From assembly GCA_964626365.1 (NCBI GenBank), contig CAZVDL010000002.1, positions 19,966 to 83,965 of the forward strand: 64,000 nucleotides of DNA, written 5' to 3'. Of the stretch, positions 28,763-37,736 are shown one piece after another. Position numbers and translations under genes: made by a program. The notes beneath the pieces are model-generated. The model saw only the letters and a program-made list of their open reading frames with translations, was not told the DNA's origin and searched no databases. This DNA comes from an uncultured Nitrososphaerota archaeon (GTDB taxonomy: Archaea > Thermoproteota > Methanomethylicia > Nezhaarchaeales > B40-G2). The first letter of the stretch is position 1. Each line of letters starts with the position of its first letter.

Positions 28763-28947
28763 AGCTCTCAGGTACTCAGGTACACTAAGCTATACTTAGC
28801 CCCGCCGCCTTGACACACCGCAACCTACTAGCAGAATACCCAGCTAATACCCACTGCAACACGTTTAGATTAAATTATAATTGAGTACGCGCTAAGCCTT
28901 TTACTTATTTCAAAAGAACCTCAAGGTAAAGCTTAAGACCCCCAGCC

Positions 28948-28972
28948 TCGGCTATAAAAACGCCCCGGCCAA
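28948..28972 (+). promoter_or_regulatory. TATA-like element (GCTATAAAAACG) ~20 bp upstream of tRNA-Glu(UUC)
   Basis: It is an AT-rich box at the expected archaeal promoter distance. Confidence 0.4.
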
Positions 28973-29098
28973 GCCCCGGTAGTATAGCCACGCCCGCGCA
29001 GGGCGCTAGAACGGTCAAGTATACCGGCCTTTCGAGCCGGCGACCCGGGTTCAAAACAGGCGAGGTTAACCTCGCCTGTGAGACTCCCGGCCGGGGCA
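28973..29098 (+). tRNA. tRNA-Glu (anticodon UUC) with two non-canonical introns (22 nt in D-loop, 29 nt in T-loop)
   Basis: The exons are nearly identical to the intronless tRNA-Glu(CUC) at 52463..52537. The D-loop is AGCC[ACGCCCGCGCAGGGCGCUAGAA]CGGUCAA. The anticodon arm is CCGGC-CUUUCGA-GCCGG. The T-loop is UUCAAA[ACAGGCGAGGUUAACCUCGCCUGUGAGAC]U. The acceptor is GCCCCGG/CCGGGGC plus A. TATAAAAA lies ~20 bp upstream. Confidence 0.7.
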
Positions 29099-29279
29099 TC
29101 CTCAATTCAACATTAAGTACGACTGGCATGTCAGGGTACCAACATCTTGGCGTCTTTTAAGTAGCTAGCTATTAAAGTTAATGGAGGAAGTGGAAAATTG
29201 CTAGAAGTTTTTATAAGCTCCTTGGCCTTCTCCACAACCCTTAAATATAATAATACGCGGGTGATAGGCTCGATGAATC

Positions 29280-29666
29280 ATGGCTGAACTTAGGAGGATA
29301 TGTAAATGCAATGTATGCGGCAACATCGTGGTGGTCCTACACGCTGGAGTGGACAAGTTGGTATGCTGTGGTCAACCTATGCAGCTAATAGAGGAGAGAG
29401 GAGAGGGTGTTGAAGGATGGGAGAAACACGTACCTGTAGTGGGGCGGGTAGGTGACGAAGTTAAAGTTAAGGTGGGCAGTGTAGCTCACCCCATGGAGGA
29501 GGGGCACTTCATTGAGTGGGTAGAGCTAGAGACGAATGGACAAGCCTGTAAGGTTTTCCTTAAGCCGGGCATGGATCCTGAGGCAAGCTTTAGGGTAGGC
29601 GGAGGCAAGATGATCGTTAAAGCGTACTGCGATTTACACGGCTTATGGGTGAAGGAGTCAGGTTAA
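29280..29666 (+). CDS. dfx: Desulfoferrodoxin-type superoxide reductase (2Fe-SOR)
   Basis: It has an N-terminal desulforedoxin domain CKCNVCGN...CCGQPM and an SOR centre region with EKHVPVV and further ligands. Confidence 0.8.
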   Translation: MAELRRICKCNVCGNIVVVLHAGVDKLVCCGQPMQLIEERGEGVEGWEKHVPVVGRVGDEVKVKVGSVAHPMEEGHFIEWVELETNGQACKVFLKPGMDPEASFRVGGGKMIVKAYCDLHGLWVKESG

Positions 29667-29667
29667 G

Positions 29668-30252
29668 GTGGGGGTTCTCTCTATGGAGACCCTTAAAAAC
29701 CTCGTTAAGGCCTTCATAGGCGAGTCCCAGGCGAGAAACCGCTACGTGTTTTATGCGGGCATAGCTGAGAAGGAGGGTTACGTCCAAGTAGCTCAGGTGT
29801 TTCGCTTAACCGCCAGCAACGAGGAGGAACACGCTGAGACCCTATTCAAGCTCATACAGAGGCTTAGAGGGGACTTAAGAGAGCTCACCGTAGATGCAGC
29901 AGCTCCTTTAACGCTGAGTAATACCGCTGAGAACCTTAAGGCTGCAGCGGCCGGTGAACGCTACGAGTACTCTGAGATGTATCCTCACTTCGCTGAGGTA
30001 GCTGAGAAGGAGGGTTTCCTCGACGTAGCAGCTACGCTTAGAGCTATTGCCGAGGCTGAGAGGCACCACGAGGAAAGATACCTGAAGCTTCTAAGGAACA
30101 TAGAAGGAGGCACTGTGTGGAGAAAGGACCACGAAGTTTACTGGGTGTGTCTTAAATGTGGCTACGTACATTATGGAGAGGAGCCTCCTAAGAAATGTCC
30201 TTCCTGCGGCCACGATAGAAATTATTTCGCTGTTAAGTGTGAGGAATACTGA
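29668..30252 (+). CDS. rbr: Rubrerythrin (diiron ferritin-like domain + C-terminal rubredoxin-like CxxC...CxxC)
   Basis: It has E..H diiron motifs (EEEHAE, ERHHEE) and a C-terminal CLKCGY....CPSCGH. Confidence 0.85.
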   Translation: MGVLSMETLKNLVKAFIGESQARNRYVFYAGIAEKEGYVQVAQVFRLTASNEEEHAETLFKLIQRLRGDLRELTVDAAAPLTLSNTAENLKAAAAGERYEYSEMYPHFAEVAEKEGFLDVAATLRAIAEAERHHEERYLKLLRNIEGGTVWRKDHEVYWVCLKCGYVHYGEEPPKKCPSCGHDRNYFAVKCEEY

Positions 30253-30684
30253 CGGCATCCTCTTTTTTATTAGGTGGAGCTTAAACAGTAGCCCCATACC
30301 CATGTCGACGTTGACTTTGTTGAAAATCTGCTTAAGTAGCTGGATTTTCCAGTCCTCCTCAACGGCGCCATGATACGTACCTATCCACAGCCAGGTGATG
30401 ATATACAGGAAGGTGCAAGTAACGTAAAATCAAAGTATGCACCATACAGACTTAACTTAACGGTGAAAAAAATCAAGCGGTTAAGTGGTAAAGCCTTTTC
30501 CCGACAAATATCTTAGAACGCGCGTGACCATAAAGTTGCTACTTAATAAGTGTCCCCCTAAAGTTGCTTTTCTCTTCTGTGTACCCATAGCTAGAGATGC
30601 CTAGTAGATTGAGGGACTGAACAGCGACGTGGAAAGCTTTAACTATTAGGGGGCTTTTGGGGTGGCGAAGGATGAGGAGACTGG

Positions 30685-31164
30685 GTGCATAGCTTCATGT
30701 CATCTAGGATAACCCCCCTCCAGGTCTACAAACTGCTTCCCGGGATCAATTGTAAGAAGTGCGGGACGACATGCATGGGTTTCGCTGTTAAGCTTATCAA
30801 TAGGCAAGCTAAGATCGAAGACTGCCCTCCGTTGATCTCAGACCCCAAGTATGCTGATAAGCTAGCCGGTCTTAGGCAGCTTTTAGCCCCTCTCCTTACA
30901 GCTACTGAGACTCTCGTAACCATAGACCTGGAGAAATGTGTAGGATGCGGCAACTGTGTCGTTGCATGTCCAGCTAATGTGGCCATAGACCCTAAGGCTG
31001 GTAGAGGGCTTAATCCGTCGTCTAGCGAGGCTCTATGGCTAGTTGAGGACGGTAAAATCAAAGTGCTTCACCTTGAGAAGTGCAGAAGATACCCACCTCA
31101 TAGAATGAACTGCAACGTCTGCGAGATGGTATGTTATAGTGGGGCAATAAAGGTGGTAGCCTGA
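30685..31164 (+). CDS. Fe-S protein: N-terminal C-x2-C-x4-C-x16-C FeS domain + 2x[4Fe-4S] ferredoxin domain
   Basis: The motif CKKCGTTCMGFAVKLINRQAKIEDC is the same module as in ORF 558..1112. It is followed by CVGCGNCVVACP and CNVCEMVC. Confidence 0.6.
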   Translation: MHSFMSSRITPLQVYKLLPGINCKKCGTTCMGFAVKLINRQAKIEDCPPLISDPKYADKLAGLRQLLAPLLTATETLVTIDLEKCVGCGNCVVACPANVAIDPKAGRGLNPSSSEALWLVEDGKIKVLHLEKCRRYPPHRMNCNVCEMVCYSGAIKVVA

Positions 31165-32435
31165 TGGCGCTCCAGGCCACCATATGTACAGGCTGCTCAC
31201 TGCTATGCGACGACGTCGAGGTTGAGGTTAAGGATGGAGAGGTCCTTAAAGTGATGGCTGCGTGTAGCCATGGTGTTAAGAGGATGAAGGAGGTAGTTAA
31301 AGCAAGGCCTCTTAAGCCAGCCGTCGTTGATGGGGGTTCCATAAGGGAGCTTTCATTAGACGAGGCCCTCGAGAGGGCGTGTGAACTATTAAAGTCCTCT
31401 AGAAGTCCTCTAATTTATGGGGGCTCTTGTAGCTCGAACAGAGCTGTCGAGCTCATGATCAAGCTTGCTGAGAAACTTGGGGGGGTCTACGACGCCCCTA
31501 GTAGTGTTTGTCATCTAACACTTAACTTAGATTCCTCCTTACTAGAAGCCAGACTGGACGAAATACTTGAGGACGCTGATTTCATATTCTACTGGGCTTC
31601 GGATCCATCAGACACCCACCTCAGACACGCAAGCCGCTACGCTGTCTTCCCGAGGGGTAGGAGCGTCCCCATGGGTAGGGAGAGCAGGGTCGTAGCCGTG
31701 ATGGACGTCAAGGAGACAGGGACCATGAAGATAGCTCAGCACAAGCTCATCGTGAAGCCTGGAGAGGACGCTAAGCTCGCATCGGCCTTAGAAAGCCTTG
31801 TTCTAGGCGGCACCCTAGGCTTTGACCGTGTAGCGGGGGTTAGCCTCGAAGAGCTCTCATCGACGGCCAGAGATATGTCCAGGGCCAGCTACATAGCCAT
31901 CTTCGTCGGGAGGGGCCTGCTGTCTACGGACAAGCCTAAGGAAGCCATGGATTCAATAGCTAGGCTAGCTAAGGTCCTCCTCGGCTTGGGGAAGAAGGTC
32001 TCCATAATCCCCATGGCTGAACATGTGAACTCCATGGGTCAAGCGCTGATAACTAAGAAGCTTAAAGGAGCGCCCAGGGCTATTGATTTCTCCTCGCCTG
32101 AAGGTAGGGCCTCTCTCGAGGTCACAGCTAATTGGGCGCTTGAGCATAAAAAGGTCGACGCCGCTCTCATAATTAAAGGAGGGGGCCTTGAGGACCTCAC
32201 GTCCACAGCGATCGAGGAGCTGTCGCGCATACCCGCCATAGCCCTCGAGGAGGAAGAGTCTAAGGCCTTCCATGCTGCTACGGTCAGGGTACCCGCCGCG
32301 GTGACAGGCGTGGAGAGCGGCGGGGCTGTCACGAGAATGGATGGGGTTGAGGTGGAGTTGAAGCCTATTATGAGACCTCCTGACACCGTGGCCGTTGAGG
32401 AGGAGTTCCTTGACAGGTTAGTACAGATGCTCTAA
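31164..32435 (+). CDS. FwdB/FmdB-family molybdopterin-oxidoreductase-like subunit (formylmethanofuran dehydrogenase subunit B-like)
   Basis: Its N-terminus ICTGCSLLCDDVEV..AACSHG matches the FwdB C-x2-C-x3-C...C cluster region. Its ~423 aa size is typical of FwdB. Confidence 0.6.
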   Translation: MALQATICTGCSLLCDDVEVEVKDGEVLKVMAACSHGVKRMKEVVKARPLKPAVVDGGSIRELSLDEALERACELLKSSRSPLIYGGSCSSNRAVELMIKLAEKLGGVYDAPSSVCHLTLNLDSSLLEARLDEILEDADFIFYWASDPSDTHLRHASRYAVFPRGRSVPMGRESRVVAVMDVKETGTMKIAQHKLIVKPGEDAKLASALESLVLGGTLGFDRVAGVSLEELSSTARDMSRASYIAIFVGRGLLSTDKPKEAMDSIARLAKVLLGLGKKVSIIPMAEHVNSMGQALITKKLKGAPRAIDFSSPEGRASLEVTANWALEHKKVDAALIIKGGGLEDLTSTAIEELSRIPAIALEEEESKAFHAATVRVPAAVTGVESGGAVTRMDGVEVELKPIMRPPDTVAVEEEFLDRLVQML

Positions 32436-32437
32436 GG

Positions 32438-34822
32438 GTGGACTGTGTGGCTGAAGAGGCCGTCGGCAAGACCCTGGTGTTCATCTGCCACTGCGGCTCA
32501 AACATAGCGGGGGTCGTGGACGTAGCTGAGGTGGCGAGGGAACTTAAGCGTAGACATCCTGACGTGGCGGTCTACGATCATGAACACTGCTGTAGCGACG
32601 ACGGGCTGAGGAGGATAAGGGAGGCCATAGAGAAGGAGGGCGCTACAAGGCTTATCGTAGGATGTTGTACACCCTCGCTTCACGGCGAGCTGTTTAAGAG
32701 GGTAGCTGAGGAGGTAGGCCTCAATAGAGGGTTTGTGGAAATAGTCAACCTTAGAGAGCAGTGTTCATGGGTCCACTCCTACGATCCTCCTAGGGCCACG
32801 ATTAAGGCTGTCGACCTGCTCAGCATGGCTGTGGCCGCAGCCCCCCTAGCGAGGAATGCTAAGGTAGTCAAGATCCCCGTTGAGAGGGCGGTCCTCGTCA
32901 TAGGAGGAGGGGTTGCAGGGGTCACAGCAGCCTTAGCGCTGGCAGACATGGGCATCAAGGTGTACTTGGTTGAGAAGGATGGCTTCTTGGGAGGCCATAT
33001 GGCTAAGTGGGATAAAGTGTTCCCAACTCTTGACTGCAGTATCTGCGTGTTAGGTCCTCAACTCGCGAGGGCTTATAACCACCCCCTCATCACGGTGTAC
33101 ACGTTAAGTGAAGTCGTCGACGTTAAGGGGGCGCCGGGCAGCTACGTAGTCAAGGTGTTTAAGAGGGCTAGGTACGTTGACGAGAGGCTATGTAATGGTT
33201 GTAATAAGTGCCTTGAGGTTTGCCCTATTGAAGTGCCTAACGAGTACGACTATGGCATAGGCACTAGGGGGGCGATAGTTAAGCCATCGCATGAAGCAGT
33301 CCCGCCAGCGCCTTACATAGACATGGCTAAATGCATAGGGTGTATGTCCTGCCTAGGTGTATGCGACCCCAAGGCCATAAACTTCGACGACAAGGACTCG
33401 TACGTGGAGATAAAAGTAGGCGCCATAATAGTAGCTACAGGTTTCAAGCCCTTCGACCCAAGGGATCTTGACGAGTACCTCTACGGTAAATGCCTCAACG
33501 TGATCACAGGCCCTGAGTACGAGAGAATGCTTAACAACTCAGGGCCGACGAAGGGGAAGATAATTAGGCTATCGGATGGAGAGGAGCCTAAGAAAATAGC
33601 CTTCATACAGTGCGTGGGAAGTAGGTCAGACAGAATTGGAAGACCATACTGCAGTAGAGTATGCTGTATGAATGCCATTAAGCAGGCCATACAGACCAAG
33701 TTAGCATTACCGAACGCCGAGGTTACGATATTCTACACCGACATAAGAGCTTCGGGGAAAGCCTGCGAAGAGGCGTACCGAAGGGCTATGGAGATAGGGG
33801 TCCGCTTTGTGAGAGCCAGAGTGGGCCAGTTAAGGGCAGCGAGGGATGGTAAGGTTAAGGTGTTCTATGAGGACACGCTTTCATCGACAATGGTTGAGGA
33901 GGAGTTCGACTTGATCGTATTAAGTGTAGGCATGGAGGCTTCACCCGGCAATAGGGAGATCGCCAGGATGCTTGGCTTACAGCTAGGCGACTACGGCTTC
34001 TTAGCTGAGTACCACCTCAAGCTCAATCCCGCTGACACGTTCAGTAAGGGGATCTTCGTGGCGGGCGCCTGCACAGGGCCCAAGGACATAACCGAGTCGG
34101 TCATGCAGGCAGGCCTTGCAGCTGCTAGAGCTGCCGAGCTCATAGGTAAGGGCGAAGTGGAGGTCGAGGTCTACGCGCCGACCATAAACCCAGATATCTG
34201 TAAACGTTGCCTCGCCTGCGTCAGCGCTTGTCCCTTTGGTGCCCTGAGGGCCGAGAAGGGCAGGGTGATCGTCGACGAGTATGCATGCCGTGGCTGTGGA
34301 GCCTGTTATGCTGTGTGCCCCACCGGTGCCTTAACGCCACCTGGCGGGCTACTCAGCAATGAGCAAATATCGACGATGTTAAGGGATCTACTATCGGAGA
34401 AGAAGGAATATCCGCTAATAGTTGCCTTCATGTGTCAGTGGTGTGGTTACGCCGCCGCGGACAACGCGGGGATGAGTAAGATCCAGTACCCGACTAATAT
34501 AAGGATCATAAGAGTGCCATGTAGCGTTAGGTGGTCCCCCTCTCACATCCTAGAGGCCTTCAGCTTAGGGGCTGATGGCGTCCTCATTGTGGGCTGCCAC
34601 GAGCAGGACTGTCACTATAGGGTGGGCAGGGCGAAGGCCAACGAAAGGGCAAGAGCGTTGAAGGAGGTGCTTAAAGAGCTCGGGATCGATCCTCGTAGAC
34701 TTCGCATTGAAGGAGCCTCGGCCACGGAGGGGAAGAGGTTGGCCGAGCTAATAAGGGGGTTTGTGGAGGAGGTGGCCAGCTTAGGTCCAATAGGCTCAGA
34801 GGTGGCGGTGAGTGTCCAGTAA
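32438..34822 (+). CDS. hdrA: Heterodisulfide reductase subunit A (HdrA) fused to C-terminal MvhD-like domain
   Basis: It has an FAD motif VLVIGGGVAGVTAALALA, several CxxCxxCxxxCP ferredoxin motifs, and a C-terminal MvhD-like region (FMCQWCGYAAADNAG...VGCHEQDCHY). Confidence 0.8.
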   Translation: MDCVAEEAVGKTLVFICHCGSNIAGVVDVAEVARELKRRHPDVAVYDHEHCCSDDGLRRIREAIEKEGATRLIVGCCTPSLHGELFKRVAEEVGLNRGFVEIVNLREQCSWVHSYDPPRATIKAVDLLSMAVAAAPLARNAKVVKIPVERAVLVIGGGVAGVTAALALADMGIKVYLVEKDGFLGGHMAKWDKVFPTLDCSICVLGPQLARAYNHPLITVYTLSEVVDVKGAPGSYVVKVFKRARYVDERLCNGCNKCLEVCPIEVPNEYDYGIGTRGAIVKPSHEAVPPAPYIDMAKCIGCMSCLGVCDPKAINFDDKDSYVEIKVGAIIVATGFKPFDPRDLDEYLYGKCLNVITGPEYERMLNNSGPTKGKIIRLSDGEEPKKIAFIQCVGSRSDRIGRPYCSRVCCMNAIKQAIQTKLALPNAEVTIFYTDIRASGKACEEAYRRAMEIGVRFVRARVGQLRAARDGKVKVFYEDTLSSTMVEEEFDLIVLSVGMEASPGNREIARMLGLQLGDYGFLAEYHLKLNPADTFSKGIFVAGACTGPKDITESVMQAGLAAARAAELIGKGEVEVEVYAPTINPDICKRCLACVSACPFGALRAEKGRVIVDEYACRGCGACYAVCPTGALTPPGGLLSNEQISTMLRDLLSEKKEYPLIVAFMCQWCGYAAADNAGMSKIQYPTNIRIIRVPCSVRWSPSHILEAFSLGADGVLIVGCHEQDCHYRVGRAKANERARALKEVLKELGIDPRRLRIEGASATEGKRLAELIRGFVEEVASLGPIGSEVAVSVQ

Positions 34823-36128
34823 ACCATGCACTGAGCTGGTTTCAATCGAGGAGAACACGCTCACCTATAGGTGGGAGGGCCCTGTCCTAAGGAAGACGCT
34901 TACCCTCATCATCGATCGCTGCGTAGGCTGCGGTCTATGTGTAAGCCTATGCCCAACCCAGGCCATAGCCCTGGGCCCCGTCAAGGAAGTGGCGTCAGGC
35001 AGAATTGAAGCCCCTCTGATCACGATAGATGAAAGTAAATGCGTAGTCTGTCCCATATGCTCATCAGTCTGTCCAACACATGCATTGAAGGTGAACATTG
35101 AAGGTGGTAGAGAGTACCCGAGGATTAAGGGAAGTCTTTCACTTGATGAGGAAAAGTGCCTACCATGTCACCTCTGTGAAAGAGTATGTCCTAGAGAGGC
35201 TATTAAGGCTGAAGTTAAGGTAGTGAAAAAGGATGAACTAGTTAAGTACCATGAGGAGGTCGGTGAGCGGGCTGAGGGTAAAATAACGGTTAACCTTGAG
35301 AGGTGTTGTTACTGTGGGCTGTGCGAAGATCTATGTGAGGCAATCAAGATAGTATGGGTCAAGCCTGAGCCCCCGGGCTTTAAGCCAGGCCTTACAGTTC
35401 TCGTTAACGAGCAGTTATGTGACTATTGTGGGCTCTGTGAGAAGATATGCCCCGTCGATGCCATAAAGGTTGAGTGCTTCAAGGCTCCTCCAAGGGTCGT
35501 GGAGGGACCTAAAGTCGATGGGTCGATAAAGATCGATGAAGACCTCTGCGTGTATTGTGGCTTATGCGCGGCGATGTGCCCAGTGAAGGCTTTGAGCTGC
35601 GAGAAGCCCTTCAAGGGCGAGGTAGTAATGGTGAGACCTGAGAAGTGCGATCCCTCAGGATGCAAAAACTGTATCAATATATGCCCGACGAGGGCCGTTT
35701 TCGTCTCGAAGGCTAGAGGTCCCGATAAGGTGAAAGCTGCTGAGGAGGCGTGCATATTTTGTGGAGCCTGTGAAGAAGCATGCCCAGTCGAGGCGCTCAG
35801 CGTTAGAAGAAGGGAGGTGAGGGTTCAAGGTGGTGAAGAACCTTGGGAGGCGGGCTACGGTGACCTCTTTAAGAGGCTGATCGAGGGCTATAGGCCACCG
35901 AAGGAGGTGTACGCCAGGAAGGTGACAGTACCTGTCGAGGAGTACGTACCTCCTCCTCCCAGACCCATACCCCCAATACCTCCAGGCTTTAGTAAAGTCA
36001 AGGAGAGAGTTGAGGCTGCCTTAAAAGCCCTGAGCATGCCTAAGGCGAGAGTACTCCTAGAGAGGGGTGATGTTGAGAGGTTAAAGAACGAGATCAGGGG
36101 GTGGATGGAGGGGGCGCAAAGTGGCTGA
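34812..36128 (+). CDS. Polyferredoxin (about eight CxxCxxCxxxCP 4Fe-4S motifs; MvhB/FwdF-like)
   Basis: It has repeated CxxCxxCxxxCP motifs throughout and a Pro-rich C-terminal segment. Confidence 0.75.
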   Translation: MSSKPCTELVSIEENTLTYRWEGPVLRKTLTLIIDRCVGCGLCVSLCPTQAIALGPVKEVASGRIEAPLITIDESKCVVCPICSSVCPTHALKVNIEGGREYPRIKGSLSLDEEKCLPCHLCERVCPREAIKAEVKVVKKDELVKYHEEVGERAEGKITVNLERCCYCGLCEDLCEAIKIVWVKPEPPGFKPGLTVLVNEQLCDYCGLCEKICPVDAIKVECFKAPPRVVEGPKVDGSIKIDEDLCVYCGLCAAMCPVKALSCEKPFKGEVVMVRPEKCDPSGCKNCINICPTRAVFVSKARGPDKVKAAEEACIFCGACEEACPVEALSVRRREVRVQGGEEPWEAGYGDLFKRLIEGYRPPKEVYARKVTVPVEEYVPPPPRPIPPIPPGFSKVKERVEAALKALSMPKARVLLERGDVERLKNEIRGWMEGAQSG

Positions 36129-36597
36129 TGTTGAAGAAGCGGTCCAAGTAGCCCTCCTGGAAGGGCGTCGATGTATACAGTGCGGCGCATGTAGCTCAGC
36201 CTGTCCTTCAGCTAGAGCTACTATGAGCTTCAGCCCTCGCAGGATATTATTAGCTCTGTTGACGGGGAGGAGGAGCGCTGTAGGTGACGACCAGTGGCTC
36301 TGTCTACTATGCCATACCTGCGAGGCTATATGTCCAAATGAGGTGCGCATAGTGAATATCGTCGAGGCGTTGAGGAGGGCTTCTGTTAGGAAGGGCGTTG
36401 AGGAGGGGGCTCTTGACGCCTACTTTGAGGCCCTTAACAACATGTTGAGTATGGGGGTTATCGTACCCCCTACAAGTAGCGAGGCCCAGAGTTTTGGCGT
36501 CGCAAAAGGCCTAAGTCCACGTCCATTACCGGCCGAGATTAAGGCTGAGCTTGAGGAGGTTTTCGGCAAGCTTAAGGAGGTGAAGGGGGCTGGCTGA
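36121..36597 (+). CDS. hdrC: Heterodisulfide reductase subunit C-like (2x[4Fe-4S])
   Basis: It has CIQCGACSSACP and CLLCHTCEAICP, at 158 aa. Confidence 0.7.
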   Translation: MADVEEAVQVALLEGRRCIQCGACSSACPSARATMSFSPRRILLALLTGRRSAVGDDQWLCLLCHTCEAICPNEVRIVNIVEALRRASVRKGVEEGALDAYFEALNNMLSMGVIVPPTSSEAQSFGVAKGLSPRPLPAEIKAELEEVFGKLKEVKGAG

Positions 36598-37426
36598 GAA
36601 GCTAACTCTCTTTCCCGGCTGTATAGCCACCAGCATCTACCCCGGCGTGGCTTACTCATCAATTAAGGTGTTGAGGGGGCTAGGCTTTGAGGTCTCAGCT
36701 CCCGAGGTCACATTGTGCTGTGGTATGCCTTTCGAAATTGCAGGCCTACTAGATAGGGAGGGCCTTGAAAGGATCGCTATCCATAGCCTTAAGGCGGCTT
36801 CCAAGGAGGGCACCATGGTGACGCCGTGTAACGGTTGCTACAGAGCGCTCAACTTAGCGTTGAGGGATGAGGTAAAATGTCTACACGTAGCCGAGGTGCT
36901 TTGGCGCGCTAGAGACGAGCTTAAGAAGGCTGCGGGGGACGCGTTGAGGGGGGTCAAGGTAGCTGTCCACGTAGGCTGCCATTATGCTTATGCCATGAGG
37001 GAGAGGGCGCTGAAGGGGGTTGAAGGGGAGGACATACTCGAGGATATAGCTCTCTCAATGGGCGCTGACATTGTAAGCTACGACGAGAAGAAGCTATGCT
37101 GCGGAGCGACGGCGATGAAGTGGCCCCGAATCATGGAGGCCTTAAACCCTATTACTAAGCTCAAGGTGGAGAGCCTCCTTAACTCAGGAGCTGAAGCAGT
37201 ACTGGTAATGTGCACGGCATGTCAGCTGGCGATAGACAGGGCTCAATATCAAATGAAGAACCTGGGCGAGCTAGATAAAACCATACCCGTACTCCACGTG
37301 TCTCAGCTTGTAGGCTTAGCCTTAGGCCTACACCCCATAGACGACCTTGGCCTACACCTACATCTAATCCGCCCTGAAAGGATCGCCCCCTCCTCTCCTA
37401 GGGAACTCTTAAGCGATCAGCGTTAA
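36590..37426 (+). CDS. hdrB: Heterodisulfide reductase subunit B-like (two CCG cysteine-rich domains)
   Basis: The conserved N-terminal FPGC...YPG motif lies upstream of the GTG picked by the ORF track at 36647. The frame is open from 36584 with no ATG, GTG or TTG, so I place the start at CTG 36590 or another non-canonical codon. CCG and CNGC motifs follow. Confidence 0.65.
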   Translation: MAEKLTLFPGCIATSIYPGVAYSSIKVLRGLGFEVSAPEVTLCCGMPFEIAGLLDREGLERIAIHSLKAASKEGTMVTPCNGCYRALNLALRDEVKCLHVAEVLWRARDELKKAAGDALRGVKVAVHVGCHYAYAMRERALKGVEGEDILEDIALSMGADIVSYDEKKLCCGATAMKWPRIMEALNPITKLKVESLLNSGAEAVLVMCTACQLAIDRAQYQMKNLGELDKTIPVLHVSQLVGLALGLHPIDDLGLHLHLIRPERIAPSSPRELLSDQR

Positions 37427-37736
37427 CTAAGCTGAGCCATGAGGGTTTCGAGTGATAGGGGTAGAAGTTGACGCTGCTAGATTATGTAGAACGAGGAATG
37501 TATGACGTTGGTTTTTGGGTGGGCATGAACAATACAGGACAGGGGGGTTTAATCTTAGGAACTTGGCCTGGAAAAAAGCTTTGCCTCTCTTACCATAGAG
37601 GCCTACGTGTTGTAAGATTAACGGAGCTTAAATAAAATCTCTAAGGAATTAAGCGACGGTGAGGTTTAAAGATCACACTTTATCAGCCATTTATAAAGTT
37701 TAAGAGTCCCTTTGACTTAGTTAGGAAGGACCTGAG

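Noticed and set aside
30253-30684. A 430-bp ORF-free spacer between rubrerythrin and the Fwd/Hdr cluster, considered as an ncRNA locus.
   Set aside because: It has no recognisable tRNA-like, C/D-box or H/ACA structure by eye. It is probably a terminator plus promoter region, and would need RNA-seq or Infernal to decide.
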